The notes under the pieces were generated by a model, which was given only the letters and a program-made list of their open reading frames with translations, was not told the DNA's origin and ran no database searches. DNA of 64,000 bases. Origin: an uncultured Actinomycetota bacterium. Its GTDB lineage: Bacteria > Actinomycetota > Thermoleophilia > Gaiellales > Gaiellaceae. The DNA lies in assembly GCA_963801905.1 (NCBI GenBank), contig CAWDGP010000014.1, forward strand, positions 16,215 through 80,214, given 5' to 3'. Of the stretch, positions 47,956 to 57,359 are shown piece after piece; position 1 is the first letter of the stretch, and the number at the start of each line of letters is the position of its first letter. The translations under genes were made by a program, and so were the position numbers.

Positions 47956-47964
47956 TTAACCCCC

Positions 47965-48876
47965 GTGGGTACAGTTGGATCGATGGATGTGCCGCTGCCG
48001 CGCGTGCGCCGGTTCGCGGTCTCGAGGGGGACGTTCAGGCGATTCGCCCTTGCGAGCGCGGTGATGCTCGTCGTGATCGTCGCCTCCGGCGCGACGGTGA
48101 GGGTGTCCGGTTCGGGGCTCGGGTGCGAGCACTGGCCGGGCTGCCAGGCCGGCGATCCGTTCCCGAAGACCGGGTACCACTCCTACGTCGAGTTCTCGAA
48201 CCGGATCATCGCGAGCTTCGCGATCATCGCCACGCTCGCGACGTTCGTCTCCTCGCTCCTCGTGACCGGAGTGAAGCGCTGGACCCGCTGGGTCGCAGGG
48301 CTCGCGTTCCTCGGGACGTTCCTGCAGGCGCCGCTCGGCGCGATCACCGTCTACTACAAGCTGAACCCCTGGCTCGTGGGCACGCACTTCCTGCTCTCGA
48401 TCGTGGTGCTCACCCTCGGCGTGCTGGTGGCGCTCGAGGCGTGGGACATCCGCGGAGAGCGCGTGTCGGCGGGGCTTCGCGGCCTCGCCCTCGCCGCCGG
48501 CGTCGCCTGCGCCGCCCTGCTCGTGTCGGGCATCACCGCCACCGCCGCCGGGCCTCACTCCGGTGGGGTGAAGGTCCCCCGGGTGTGGTCGTTCCAGCCC
48601 GCCGTCTACGTTCACGTCCGCGCCACCGCGGTGTTCGCGATCACCTTCGCGCTCCTCGTCACCCTGCTCGGCTGGCGTGGAAGCAAGCACCTGCGAGGGG
48701 CCCTCGTCGTGCTCGGCCTCCTGATCGCGCAGATGATCGTCGGCGAGATCCAGTACCGCACCCACCTACCGCTCGGGCTCGTCATCCTCCACGTCACGCT
48801 CTCGTCTGTTGTCTGGGCTGCAACCGTCGTGGTCGTCGCCACAATGTGGCGCCCCAGCCGGGAGGGCGCTCAGTAG
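47965..48876 (+). CDS. ctaA: Heme A synthase (COX15/CtaA family)
   Basis: Multi-TM. SGSGLGCEHWPGC motif and conserved His residues in TM helices. The start may be Met 47983. Confidence 0.85.
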   Translation: MGTVGSMDVPLPRVRRFAVSRGTFRRFALASAVMLVVIVASGATVRVSGSGLGCEHWPGCQAGDPFPKTGYHSYVEFSNRIIASFAIIATLATFVSSLLVTGVKRWTRWVAGLAFLGTFLQAPLGAITVYYKLNPWLVGTHFLLSIVVLTLGVLVALEAWDIRGERVSAGLRGLALAAGVACAALLVSGITATAAGPHSGGVKVPRVWSFQPAVYVHVRATAVFAITFALLVTLLGWRGSKHLRGALVVLGLLIAQMIVGEIQYRTHLPLGLVILHVTLSSVVWAATVVVVATMWRPSREGAQ

Positions 48877-48882
48877 GATGGA

Positions 48883-49764
48883 TTGATGGGGGCGGAGGAG
48901 CTACGAATCGAGCGCAGGCCCGAGCTCGATCGCCCGGTGGTGGTGTGCGCGTTCCGAGGCTGGAACGACGGAGGCCAGGGCGCCTCGCTCGCCTGCACCT
49001 ACCTGGCGCGCACGTGGCACGCCGAGCCGTTCGCCGCCATCGACCCCGAGGAGTTCTTCGACTTCCAGATGACGCGGCCGACGGTCGCGCGGGTCTCCGG
49101 CGAGCGTCGCATCGAGTGGCCGGAGAACTCGTTCCAACATGCGCGCGTGGGCTCCCGCGACGCCGTGCTGCTCATCGGCACCGAGCCGAGCCTGCGCTGG
49201 AAGGCCTTCACCCGTCTCGTCGTCGAGCTTGCGACCGATCTCGATGCTTCGATGCTGGTCACACTCGGCTCGCTGCTCGCCGACGTTCCGCATACGCGTC
49301 CCGCGCCGGTGACGGCCAGCGCGACCGACCCGGAACTGCTCGAGCGGCTCGGGCTCTCGCCGTCCCGTTACGAGGGCCCCACCGGAGTCATCGGCGTCCT
49401 GCTCGATGCCTGCCGGGAGGCGGCGATCCCGTCCGTGTCGCTCTGGGCCGCCGTGCCCCACTACGTCCAGCTCACCCCCTCGCCGCGCGCGGCCAAGGCG
49501 CTCTGCGACCGGCTCGCGTCGCTGCTCGATCTCCCTATCGACACGACCGAGCTCGACGAGGCCAGCGAGGCGTATATCCAGCAGGTGAGCGAGGCTGTCG
49601 CCTCCGACGAGGAGACAGCCGCCTACGTCGAGGAGCTCGAGTCGCGGTCGGAGGAGCTCGACGACGACCTGCCCTCGGGCGACTCGCTCGCAGCCGAGCT
49701 TACGCGCTACCTGCGCGAGCGCGAGCAGGGCGGCGAGGGGCCGCCGCCTCCGGGCGAGCAGTAG
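48883..49764 (+). CDS. PAC2-family (proteasome assembly chaperone-like) protein
   Basis: VVVCAFRGWNDGGQGAS.., YEGPTGVIGVL, acidic C-terminal tail. Typical actinobacterial PAC2 pattern. Confidence 0.8.
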   Translation: MMGAEELRIERRPELDRPVVVCAFRGWNDGGQGASLACTYLARTWHAEPFAAIDPEEFFDFQMTRPTVARVSGERRIEWPENSFQHARVGSRDAVLLIGTEPSLRWKAFTRLVVELATDLDASMLVTLGSLLADVPHTRPAPVTASATDPELLERLGLSPSRYEGPTGVIGVLLDACREAAIPSVSLWAAVPHYVQLTPSPRAAKALCDRLASLLDLPIDTTELDEASEAYIQQVSEAVASDEETAAYVEELESRSEELDDDLPSGDSLAAELTRYLREREQGGEGPPPPGEQ

Positions 49765-49767
49765 CGG

Positions 49768-51390
49768 CTACCCGAAGGTGAAGGCGTACGCCTGCACGCC
49801 GGGCGTGAAGCGCAGCTTCAGGAGGCCGTCGGAGATCGCGTCCGAGCTCCTGAGGGTGTAGAGCCTGTACGCGTCGACCTTCACGTCCGTCGCGGGCCGG
49901 CCGGCGACGGCGGTGCTCACCGTCCCGTTCCCGCCCAGCACGAGGTAGACGTCCCGGGCGTGGTAGTGGAGGGTCAGTGCCGCGCCCGAGCCGGCGACGG
50001 CCCGCTCACCCTCGACCCGCCAGGAGCCGGAGTAGGTGAGGCTGTTGCGCGGCACGGTTGCGGCGGCGGCGTAGGTCTTCAGCTTGTCGCCGGTCACCGG
50101 CGTGCCGACATAGCGCGAGGGGTCGATCCGCTCGAAGCCGAGGTACGACTCGGGAGTGATCGGCTGGGCCGGAAGGGTGTCCGAAACCGTCCGCGGGTTC
50201 GGGCCGAGGCCGAGGAGGGTGCGGATGTTCTGCTCGCTCGTGCCGTAGTCGCCCTCGCCGAAGTGGTAGGCGCGGATGTGGCCGGAGCGGTCGATGAGGT
50301 ACTCGGCCGGCCAGTAGGAGTTGGAGTAGTTGTTCCAGGTGCCGTACGCGTTGTCCTGGACGACCGGGTAGCGGATCCCGAGGCGCTTGACGGCCGCGCC
50401 GACGTTCGACGCGACGTGCTCGAAGGCGAACTCGGGGGTGTGAACGCCGACGATGACGAGCCCGTCGCGGTGGTAGCTGCGATACCAGGCCTCGAGGTGG
50501 GGAAGCGTGCGCAGGCAGTTGATGCAGGAATACGTCCAGAAGTCGATCAGGACGACCTTGCCGCGGAGGGCCTTCAGCGTGAGCGGCGCCGTGTTGAACC
50601 AGCGGCCGTCCGGCGCGAGCGGCGGGGCCTCGCCGTAGAACGGGAGCGAGGAGCCCTTCCTGGTCACCGGCGCGGCGCGCTCCTTCGCCCCGGTCACCTT
50701 CGCGAGCGCACGCTGCGCCGTGCCGGTCTCCTCGACGTGCTTCTGGAGCGCCTGGGTGTAGCCGGGGAGCGCGGTCTGGAACCGAGTGTCGGCGTTGAAG
50801 GCAATCGCGAGGGCGACGGCGCCGATGAGGAGCCCGGACGCGAACCTGAGCTTCGGTGCGTCGACTCGGATCCGTTTCGCCATCGACTGCCCGCCGTAGG
50901 CGACGAGCAGCATCGGCACCGCGGCACCGAGCGCGTAGGCCAGGGTGACCGCGACCGCGCGGAACGTGACGTTGTTCGTCGCGGCGACGGTGGCGATCGC
51001 GGCCAGCACCGGCCCTGCGCACGGGACGAAGACGAGCCCGAGCGAGGCGCCGAGCAGGAAGCCCCCGCCTCCCGCGCGGTAGCGCGTAAGCCGAGCGAAG
51101 GGCCGTTCGAGCCAGGTCGCGAGCGGCGGGAAGAGCAGCGTCGCCGCGACGACGAAGAGCAGCGCGATCGCGATGTTGCGCAGCAGGTCGTCGGGCAGGC
51201 CGAGCTTGTTCAGCAGCCAGGTCGCAAACAGCGTGAACACGACGAAGCTCGTGACGAGCCCGGCGATGATCCTCAGCGGTTTGCGTCCCGACGCGCCGCC
51301 CGCGAGCAACACCGGGAGCACCGGCAGCACGCACGGGGAGATCGCTGTGATCAGACCGGCGAGGAACCCGATCCCGAGCAGCACGAGCAC
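49768..51390 (-). CDS. dipZ: Cytochrome c biogenesis/thiol-disulfide interchange protein DipZ-like (CcdA membrane domain plus thioredoxin-like domain)
   Basis: ISPCVLPVLP and VPCAGPVL (CcdA), FWTYSCINC (CxxC redoxin). 540 aa. Confidence 0.85.
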   Translation of the reverse strand: MLVLLGIGFLAGLITAISPCVLPVLPVLLAGGASGRKPLRIIAGLVTSFVVFTLFATWLLNKLGLPDDLLRNIAIALLFVVAATLLFPPLATWLERPFARLTRYRAGGGGFLLGASLGLVFVPCAGPVLAAIATVAATNNVTFRAVAVTLAYALGAAVPMLLVAYGGQSMAKRIRVDAPKLRFASGLLIGAVALAIAFNADTRFQTALPGYTQALQKHVEETGTAQRALAKVTGAKERAAPVTRKGSSLPFYGEAPPLAPDGRWFNTAPLTLKALRGKVVLIDFWTYSCINCLRTLPHLEAWYRSYHRDGLVIVGVHTPEFAFEHVASNVGAAVKRLGIRYPVVQDNAYGTWNNYSNSYWPAEYLIDRSGHIRAYHFGEGDYGTSEQNIRTLLGLGPNPRTVSDTLPAQPITPESYLGFERIDPSRYVGTPVTGDKLKTYAAAATVPRNSLTYSGSWRVEGERAVAGSGAALTLHYHARDVYLVLGGNGTVSTAVAGRPATDVKVDAYRLYTLRSSDAISDGLLKLRFTPGVQAYAFTFG

Positions 51391-51431
51391 GTGGGCCAGG
51401 GTAGCGCCGAGGTTCTGTCCGGACGCTTAAC

Positions 51432-54017
51432 TCAGACGTCGAGAGCGGTGTCGGAAACCGTCTGCCCTGCGTCTTCGGGCTGAGGCCCGGAGGCAGTGTC
51501 GGACACCGGGGCCGGCTTGCGGCGGCGGCGCCTGCGAGGGCGCGGCTCGGTTGCCGGAGCGTCGCCGTTCGTCGACTGCTCGCCGGTTCCTTCGGCCACG
51601 CCCTCCGGGGCCGCGGCGCCGCTCTCACCCGGCTTCTTCTTGCGCCGTCGCCGCCGGCGCGAGCGCGAGGGCCCCGTCTTCGGCGCCGGCAGGTCGTCGG
51701 CGAGAGCCGCGGCGATCTCCTCGATCGACCCGAGTTGCTCGCGGGCCTCGTCGAGCATGTTCGTCGCGCGCGGCGTGTAGCCCTCGGCCGTCGCGAGCAG
51801 CGCCGCGCCGACCTCCGGCGGCATCTCGAGCGCCGCCTTCACGAGCCGCGCGGTGTTCTCCTCGTGCCGACTCCCGCGCGAGTTCGCGAGCGCCCCGAGG
51901 AGCCGCTTCGCGTCGGGGTACTCCTGCGACGCCTTCCGGTCGAGCGTCTTGCGCACCGCCCGCGCGAGCCGCCACGTCCAGCGCGCCAGGATCTGCTCCG
52001 GGGCGTCGGGCTTGCCCTCGGCGACGGCGCGAAGCAGGATCCGTACGCCTGCCGCGCGATCCTTCTCCCACGGCGGCGCCTGCGAGACGAGCGTCACCAG
52101 GTCGTCGAAGTCGGCACGGTCGACCCGCATCGACACCCGGTCCGCGAGCGCGATCAGCCGCAGCCGGCGGTTCGGGTTCTGCGCCGCGCAGGTCGACAGG
52201 AACGTCTCGAGCGCGCCCTTCGAGGCGCCGCGCTCGGTGAACTTCTGCACGAAGGCCTGCCGCTCGTCGAACCGCATCTGACGGCCGGCGATCGTCGCCC
52301 AGAACCGCTGCTCGTCGTCGTCGAGGTACTTCGGGTCGATCCGCTGCCACTCGCGCTGGATCACCGCGAGCCGTCTCGCGACGTCCGGGGTGACCGGGAC
52401 GAGCCAGTTCGCCGGCGTCAGCTTCCGCCGCGCGCGCCGCTGGGTCCGCCGCCGCGGCGCAGGCGTGACCCGCGCGCCCTCGCGGTAGAAGTCGGCGCCG
52501 AGCAGCGAGTGGAGGGAGACGACGCGATCGCTGTGCGTCGCCGCCTTCGGGACGAAGTCGACGACGATGCCCGCCTCCTTGCGCGGGTGGATGCGCATGA
52601 TGCGCCCGATCCGCTGCTGGTAGACGCGCTTCGAAGCGGTCGGTGCGAGGTGCATCACGACGGTCGCGCGCGGTGAGTTCCAGCCCTCGGCGAGCAGCAT
52701 CGCGTTGATCAGGACGTCGATCTCGCCGCGCTCGTACGCCGCCAGGATCGCGGCGAGCTTGACCGGCGGCGTGCGGCCCGACACCGCCTCGGCCTTCACC
52801 CCGGCGGCCCTGAACGCGGTTGCGAGGTTGTAGGCGTGGTCGACGCCGGCCGCGTAGACGATCCCGGGCGTGTCGTCGAAGCGCTCGCGATACAGCGTCG
52901 CCGCCGCCATGTTCAAAGCCTCGTGGTCGAGGGCTGCGGCCAGGGCGCGCTCCTCGAAGTCTCCGCCGACGATCGGGACGGAGTTGATCGCGGCGACGGG
53001 CGGGACGCGCAGGCAGCGCAGCGGCGCGATGAGCCCGCGGCGAGCGGCGTCGGCGAGCGGGAGGTCGTCGACCGAGGCCGGGAAGACGTCCGAGACCTGC
53101 TTCGCGATCAGCTCTTCCGTCGCGGTCATGCCGATGTAGATCGGGTTGCTGAGGCTGCGGATCGCGGCGGAGGTCTTTTCACCGAGCGCGGTGTGCGCCT
53201 CGTCGCAGATGACGAGCTGGTAGGCGTCACGCGACACCTCGCCGACGTGCCGGGCGAACCAGGCGTAGGTCTGGATCGTGATCGCGTTCGAGCGGTGGTG
53301 GCGGCTTCCCTCGAGGATCACGTCGGTCAGCCGGTCGCCGTAGCCGTGATCGGTGAGCTCGCGCGTGAACTGGGTCACGAGCAGCCGGCGGTGGGTGAGG
53401 ATCAGGACGCCCTCGGTTCGTGCCGCCTCGACGAACCCGGCCGCTGCGATCGTCTTCCCGGACGCGGTCGGATGACGGAAGCGGTAACGGCGCTCGGCGC
53501 CCGGGTCGTGGGCGGGAGGCGGCGGAAGGTCGTCGTGGCCGTCGTCCTCGAACTCGGCGGTGAACTCGAGCGAGGTCTCGTCCTCCTCCTCGTACTCGCT
53601 CTCGATCACCTCGTCGGCCACGGCGCCGTTGCCGTTGCCGTTCATGTCCGCGCTCGATTTCTCGATCGCCGCGATCAGCTCCGTGAGCATCCCGGCGAGG
53701 GCGTCGATCTGGTGGCGGCGGAGCTCCGTGCCCGACGCGAGGCGCGGCGGTTTCTCCGACAGCACCCGCTCCAGCCCGAGCATCAGCGCGTAGCGCGTCT
53801 TCCAGGCGGGCGACGGCCCGGTCAGCCCGGCGTCGATCTCGACGAGCGCGTCCTCGAGCGCCTTCCGCATCGCCGACCCGGGCCGGACAACCTCGAGCGG
53901 ATCGTCGTCTGGCTCGAGGAAGGGCTCACCAGCCCAGGCTTCGGCCCGGAGAGCCGCGGCTCTGATGCCGTCGGGCGTCTCCCATAGCGCCGGAGATTGC
54001 GTGAGCATTTCGTGCAT
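51432..54017 (-). CDS. SF2 DEAD/DEAH-box (ResIII-type) helicase with a long C-terminal extension and poly-Arg/Lys tail
   Basis: HPTASGKT (Walker A), ICDEAH, GMTATE, QRIGRIMR. The C-terminal ~330 aa has no recognised motif and ends in SRSRRRRRRKKKPG..PRRRRRRKP. Confidence 0.85.
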   Translation of the reverse strand: MHEMLTQSPALWETPDGIRAAALRAEAWAGEPFLEPDDDPLEVVRPGSAMRKALEDALVEIDAGLTGPSPAWKTRYALMLGLERVLSEKPPRLASGTELRRHQIDALAGMLTELIAAIEKSSADMNGNGNGAVADEVIESEYEEEDETSLEFTAEFEDDGHDDLPPPPAHDPGAERRYRFRHPTASGKTIAAAGFVEAARTEGVLILTHRRLLVTQFTRELTDHGYGDRLTDVILEGSRHHRSNAITIQTYAWFARHVGEVSRDAYQLVICDEAHTALGEKTSAAIRSLSNPIYIGMTATEELIAKQVSDVFPASVDDLPLADAARRGLIAPLRCLRVPPVAAINSVPIVGGDFEERALAAALDHEALNMAAATLYRERFDDTPGIVYAAGVDHAYNLATAFRAAGVKAEAVSGRTPPVKLAAILAAYERGEIDVLINAMLLAEGWNSPRATVVMHLAPTASKRVYQQRIGRIMRIHPRKEAGIVVDFVPKAATHSDRVVSLHSLLGADFYREGARVTPAPRRRTQRRARRKLTPANWLVPVTPDVARRLAVIQREWQRIDPKYLDDDEQRFWATIAGRQMRFDERQAFVQKFTERGASKGALETFLSTCAAQNPNRRLRLIALADRVSMRVDRADFDDLVTLVSQAPPWEKDRAAGVRILLRAVAEGKPDAPEQILARWTWRLARAVRKTLDRKASQEYPDAKRLLGALANSRGSRHEENTARLVKAALEMPPEVGAALLATAEGYTPRATNMLDEAREQLGSIEEIAAALADDLPAPKTGPSRSRRRRRRKKKPGESGAAAPEGVAEGTGEQSTNGDAPATEPRPRRRRRRKPAPVSDTASGPQPEDAGQTVSDTALDV

Positions 54018-54158
54018 GGATGCGGTACACCCTCGGTACCGCCTTCACAGGTCAAACTCGCGGGTACCTCCTCGCGAGCTGCTTCGTTAAGAATAGCTCA
54101 TGAGGCGGCTCGTATGCGTAGCAAGAGTGCGTCGGCGTGGGAGGAGTGTGTCTGCCTA

Positions 54159-55259
54159 CTAGCCCTTGTTTGCAAACACCTGCGATTGCGCGCGCACCAC
54201 CGAGACCAGCTCGGTCAGTGCGATGTTGACGTCGAAGAGGTGAAGTCCCCAGCCCGGGCCGAGCGTGGGCCGCACCACCGGCCGCGTGTCGCCGGGGACG
54301 TGGATGCGCGTGATCTGCAGCCAGCTCGCGTTGCCGGAGCTCTCGCAGCGGGCGGTGTAGAGGCCCGGGTACGCGACCCACGGCGTCGTCGCGTCGACAG
54401 ACTCGCCGTTGAACCGGAGGACCGTTGCCGGGAAGAGGGGGGTCACGGGCTCGGTCGCGCGCGATCCCGGGACGGCCGGGTTGACGCAGACGATGTGCGT
54501 CCCCGGGATGCGCGAGCGTCCGAACATCGCGCCGACGGGCGGCGTCCGGTCGAAGCTCGAGTAGGCGATGACGCATCCGGTCGCCCTGGGAGAGGCGCAC
54601 GGCGGCACGTGGCCGATGTCGCCGCCACGACTCCCCTCATGCACCTGCCCACCGAGGAGGATCGCCGACACGAGCAGCCGACGCTCTGCGGTCGACCGGT
54701 CGATGACGGTCGCGACGAGATGCTTGAGGAGGTACGCGCCCTGCGAGTGGCCGATCAGCACGACGCCCCGACCGTGATTCCAGTGCGCGAGGTAGTCGCG
54801 CCAGGCATGGAGGACGTCGCCGTAGGCGAGCTCGGGCTTCGCGTGGAGCGACGGGGTGACGAGGCCGCGGTTCGTGATCTGCCGGTAGACCGGTGCGTAG
54901 ACCTTGCAGACCTGCGAGAACTGCGCCGCCTGGGTCTCGGCCACCAGGATCTGAGGGAAGCCGACGCTGAGGTCGGCGTTGCCGGTCGGTTCGTCGCTGA
55001 CCGTCGGATAGACGTAGAAGCAGTCGATCGGCGGGCTCGCCGTCCGGGCCGGGCGGACGATCGTCTTCGACCCGTTCGCGCGGATGACGGTGGTCGCGAG
55101 GCTCGTGCTACACGGGTCGGCGTTGCGGCCGGGGAAGCAGAGCCACTTCGTCTTGCTCGCGGCGCCGGCCGTCGTCGTGGTCGTCGTCGCGGCTCGGTGG
55201 CCCCCGCAGCCCGCGAGAAGGCCTACGAGGAGCAGCGCCACGAGCGCTCGAAGTCGCAT
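54159..55259 (-). CDS. DUF3089-like alpha/beta-hydrolase lipoprotein
   Basis: Lipobox LLAGC. IGHSQGA nucleophile elbow. 366 aa. Confidence 0.75.
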   Translation of the reverse strand: MRLRALVALLLVGLLAGCGGHRAATTTTTTAGAASKTKWLCFPGRNADPCSTSLATTVIRANGSKTIVRPARTASPPIDCFYVYPTVSDEPTGNADLSVGFPQILVAETQAAQFSQVCKVYAPVYRQITNRGLVTPSLHAKPELAYGDVLHAWRDYLAHWNHGRGVVLIGHSQGAYLLKHLVATVIDRSTAERRLLVSAILLGGQVHEGSRGGDIGHVPPCASPRATGCVIAYSSFDRTPPVGAMFGRSRIPGTHIVCVNPAVPGSRATEPVTPLFPATVLRFNGESVDATTPWVAYPGLYTARCESSGNASWLQITRIHVPGDTRPVVRPTLGPGWGLHLFDVNIALTELVSVVRAQSQVFANKG

Positions 55260-55288
55260 GCCGACACGGTACGTGTAGAACGCGTCCG

Positions 55289-55912
55289 GTGGACTTCGAG
55301 GAGCTCTTCGACCGCGAGCGGAGGCGATACGAGGACGGGATCGCGCGTCTCGATCCGGAGCAGCTCGTGCGGACGGGCAACGCGGCGTGGGGAGCCGGGC
55401 TCTCGCTGCTCATGCTCGGGCGAGACGCGGAGGCAGCCGAGTGGCTCGACCGCGCGGCGAGGCGCTGGCGCGAGAGCTGGGAGCACGCGACCGAGACGTC
55501 GTGGGGCCGGCCGATCGGCGCGATCAAGGCCGAGCTGATCGCGGGCCGCGACGAAGCGGCGGCCGGATACGCGGGCTGGGCGCTCGAGCTCGGAACGGTC
55601 GAGGCCGAGTCGCCGATCGGGCGCTACGCCGCGACGCTCGCGCTGCTCACACTCGAGCGGTGGGGCGACGCGGCGGAGCTTGCCGCCACCCTCGTCGGCT
55701 TCCCACCGGACGTGGCGGCCGCGCTTGCTGCGATCGCGGGGGGCGACCTGGCCGCGTGTAACGCGGCCGTCGAGTTGGTCCTCGTCTCGTTCGAGACCCG
55801 GGACGAGTTCCTCGAGGACGTCCCGGTCGCGGACACGGTGATCGTGCTCGACCGGCTTGCGCAACGCCGCGGTCTCGGGACGAGCCTCCGGCGTTCGGCG
55901 CTCCTACCCTGA
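55289..55912 (+). CDS. Hypothetical helical protein
   Basis: 207-aa ORF with a GTG start and non-shadow composition. No motif recognised. Confidence 0.55.
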   Translation: MDFEELFDRERRRYEDGIARLDPEQLVRTGNAAWGAGLSLLMLGRDAEAAEWLDRAARRWRESWEHATETSWGRPIGAIKAELIAGRDEAAAGYAGWALELGTVEAESPIGRYAATLALLTLERWGDAAELAATLVGFPPDVAAALAAIAGGDLAACNAAVELVLVSFETRDEFLEDVPVADTVIVLDRLAQRRGLGTSLRRSALLP

Positions 55913-56578
55913 CGCGGCCTGGTCGACGTAGACGTCGAGCGGTGAGTGTCCGGTCCGCAGGAGGCTCGCCGGCGCCGCCTCGTCGATCGGTCCCCTGAAG
56001 GCGCGGTCGACCGCCTCGGCCTTCGAGGCGCCCGGCGTGAGGACGACCGTCCGCCTGGCGGCGAGTAGGGCTGGAAGCGTCAGAGTCACGCGGTCGACGA
56101 ACGGCTCGAGCCCGGATGGCCCGGAGACGACCAACCGCTCTCGCTCGGCGAGCTGAGGCGATCCCGGGAAGAGCGAGGCCATGTGCGCGTCAGGCCCGAG
56201 GCCGAGCAGGAGCAGGTCGAGCGTCACCCCCTGGAGCTCGCGGTCGTATTCTGCGGCCGCCTCGAGCGGCGGCAGCTCCCCGCGCATCCGGTGGACGGTC
56301 GGCAGCTTCGCCAGCCGGTCGAGGAGCGTCCGCCGGGCGAGGCCGTAGTTCGAGCGCTCGTCGTCGGGCGGCACGCATCGCTCGTCGCCCCAGTAGACGG
56401 TGGCGGCGCTCCAGTCGGGCTCGAGAACGGCCGCGAGCTCGTACGCCCGCTCCGGCGCCGAGCCGCCGGTGAGCACGATCGCCCCGCCGCGCCGTGCCTC
56501 GGCGGCGAGCAGGTCGGCAACGGCTGCGGCGGGATCGTCGGAGACGTGGAGCCGCGGCTCACTCATCGCCGCGCGCAA
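55904..56578 (-). CDS. pgl: 6-phosphogluconolactonase
   Basis: LTGGSAP, YWGDERCVPPDD, LLGLGPDAHMASLFP. Confidence 0.9.
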   Translation of the reverse strand: MRAAMSEPRLHVSDDPAAAVADLLAAEARRGGAIVLTGGSAPERAYELAAVLEPDWSAATVYWGDERCVPPDDERSNYGLARRTLLDRLAKLPTVHRMRGELPPLEAAAEYDRELQGVTLDLLLLGLGPDAHMASLFPGSPQLAERERLVVSGPSGLEPFVDRVTLTLPALLAARRTVVLTPGASKAEAVDRAFRGPIDEAAPASLLRTGHSPLDVYVDQAASG

Positions 56579-57359
56579 GCTCCTTGCTTCGCTCCATCGC
56601 GGCGCTGATCGCGTTCAGGAAGGCGGCGCGGACGCCGGCTTGCTCGAGCTCCCGGATCGCCCGGATCGTCGTCCCGCCCGGCGACGTGACGCTCTCCCGC
56701 AGCTCCACGGGATGCACCTTCTCGTCGCGCAGGAGCTTCGCCGTGCCGAGCATCGTCTGCACGACGAGCTTCGTGGAGATCTCCCGCGAGAGGCCGAGGA
56801 GGATCCCGGCCTCGATCATCGCCTCGGCGAGGAGGGCGTAGTACGCGGGCCCGGATCCGGAGACGGCCGTGATCGCGTCCATCTGGTCCTCCGGCACCTC
56901 GACGACGTCGCCGACCGCGCGCAGCACCGTGCCGGCGCGGTCGAGATGCTCCCGCCCGGCGTGCCGCCCCGAGCACATGCCGGCGATCCCCTCGTGGACG
57001 GTCGACGGCGTGTTCGGCATCGCCCGTACGACCGGGACGTCCGCGGCGACGTGACGCTCGATCCTCGCGGTCGTGATCGCCGCGGCGATCGAGAGCACCG
57101 TCTGCTCCGGCGAGAGCAGATGCCCGATCTCGCCGAGCAGGGTCTCGATGTCTTGCGGCTTCACCGCGAGCACGACGACGTCGGCGCCGCGAATGGCGTC
57201 GGTGTTGGAAGTCGTGGTCTCGACGCCGTGTCGCTCGTGGAGCTCGTCGGCTCGCTCCTGCCGCCGCGAGGTCGCGACGATGTCGGCCCAGTCCGAGCTA
57301 CGCAGCCCGGCGAGGAGCGACTCGCCGATCTTGCCGGTTCCGAGGATCGCGATTCTCAT
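56559..57359 (-). CDS. proC: Pyrroline-5-carboxylate reductase
   Basis: MRIAILGTGKIGESL.., VTSPGGTTIRAIRELE. Confidence 0.9.
   Translation of the reverse strand: MRIAILGTGKIGESLLAGLRSSDWADIVATSRRQERADELHERHGVETTTSNTDAIRGADVVVLAVKPQDIETLLGEIGHLLSPEQTVLSIAAAITTARIERHVAADVPVVRAMPNTPSTVHEGIAGMCSGRHAGREHLDRAGTVLRAVGDVVEVPEDQMDAITAVSGSGPAYYALLAEAMIEAGILLGLSREISTKLVVQTMLGTAKLLRDEKVHPVELRESVTSPGGTTIRAIRELEQAGVRAAFLNAISAAMERSKELARGDE

Noticed and set aside
47690-47960. Possible small RNA (6C-like, because of the CCCCCC run at ~47803) in the 400-bp gap before ctaA.
   Set aside because: Only one C-rich loop is present, and I cannot fold or scan it against covariance models here. The hairpins are adequately explained as terminators of the upstream unit. 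It is left as part of the peptide-locus finding.
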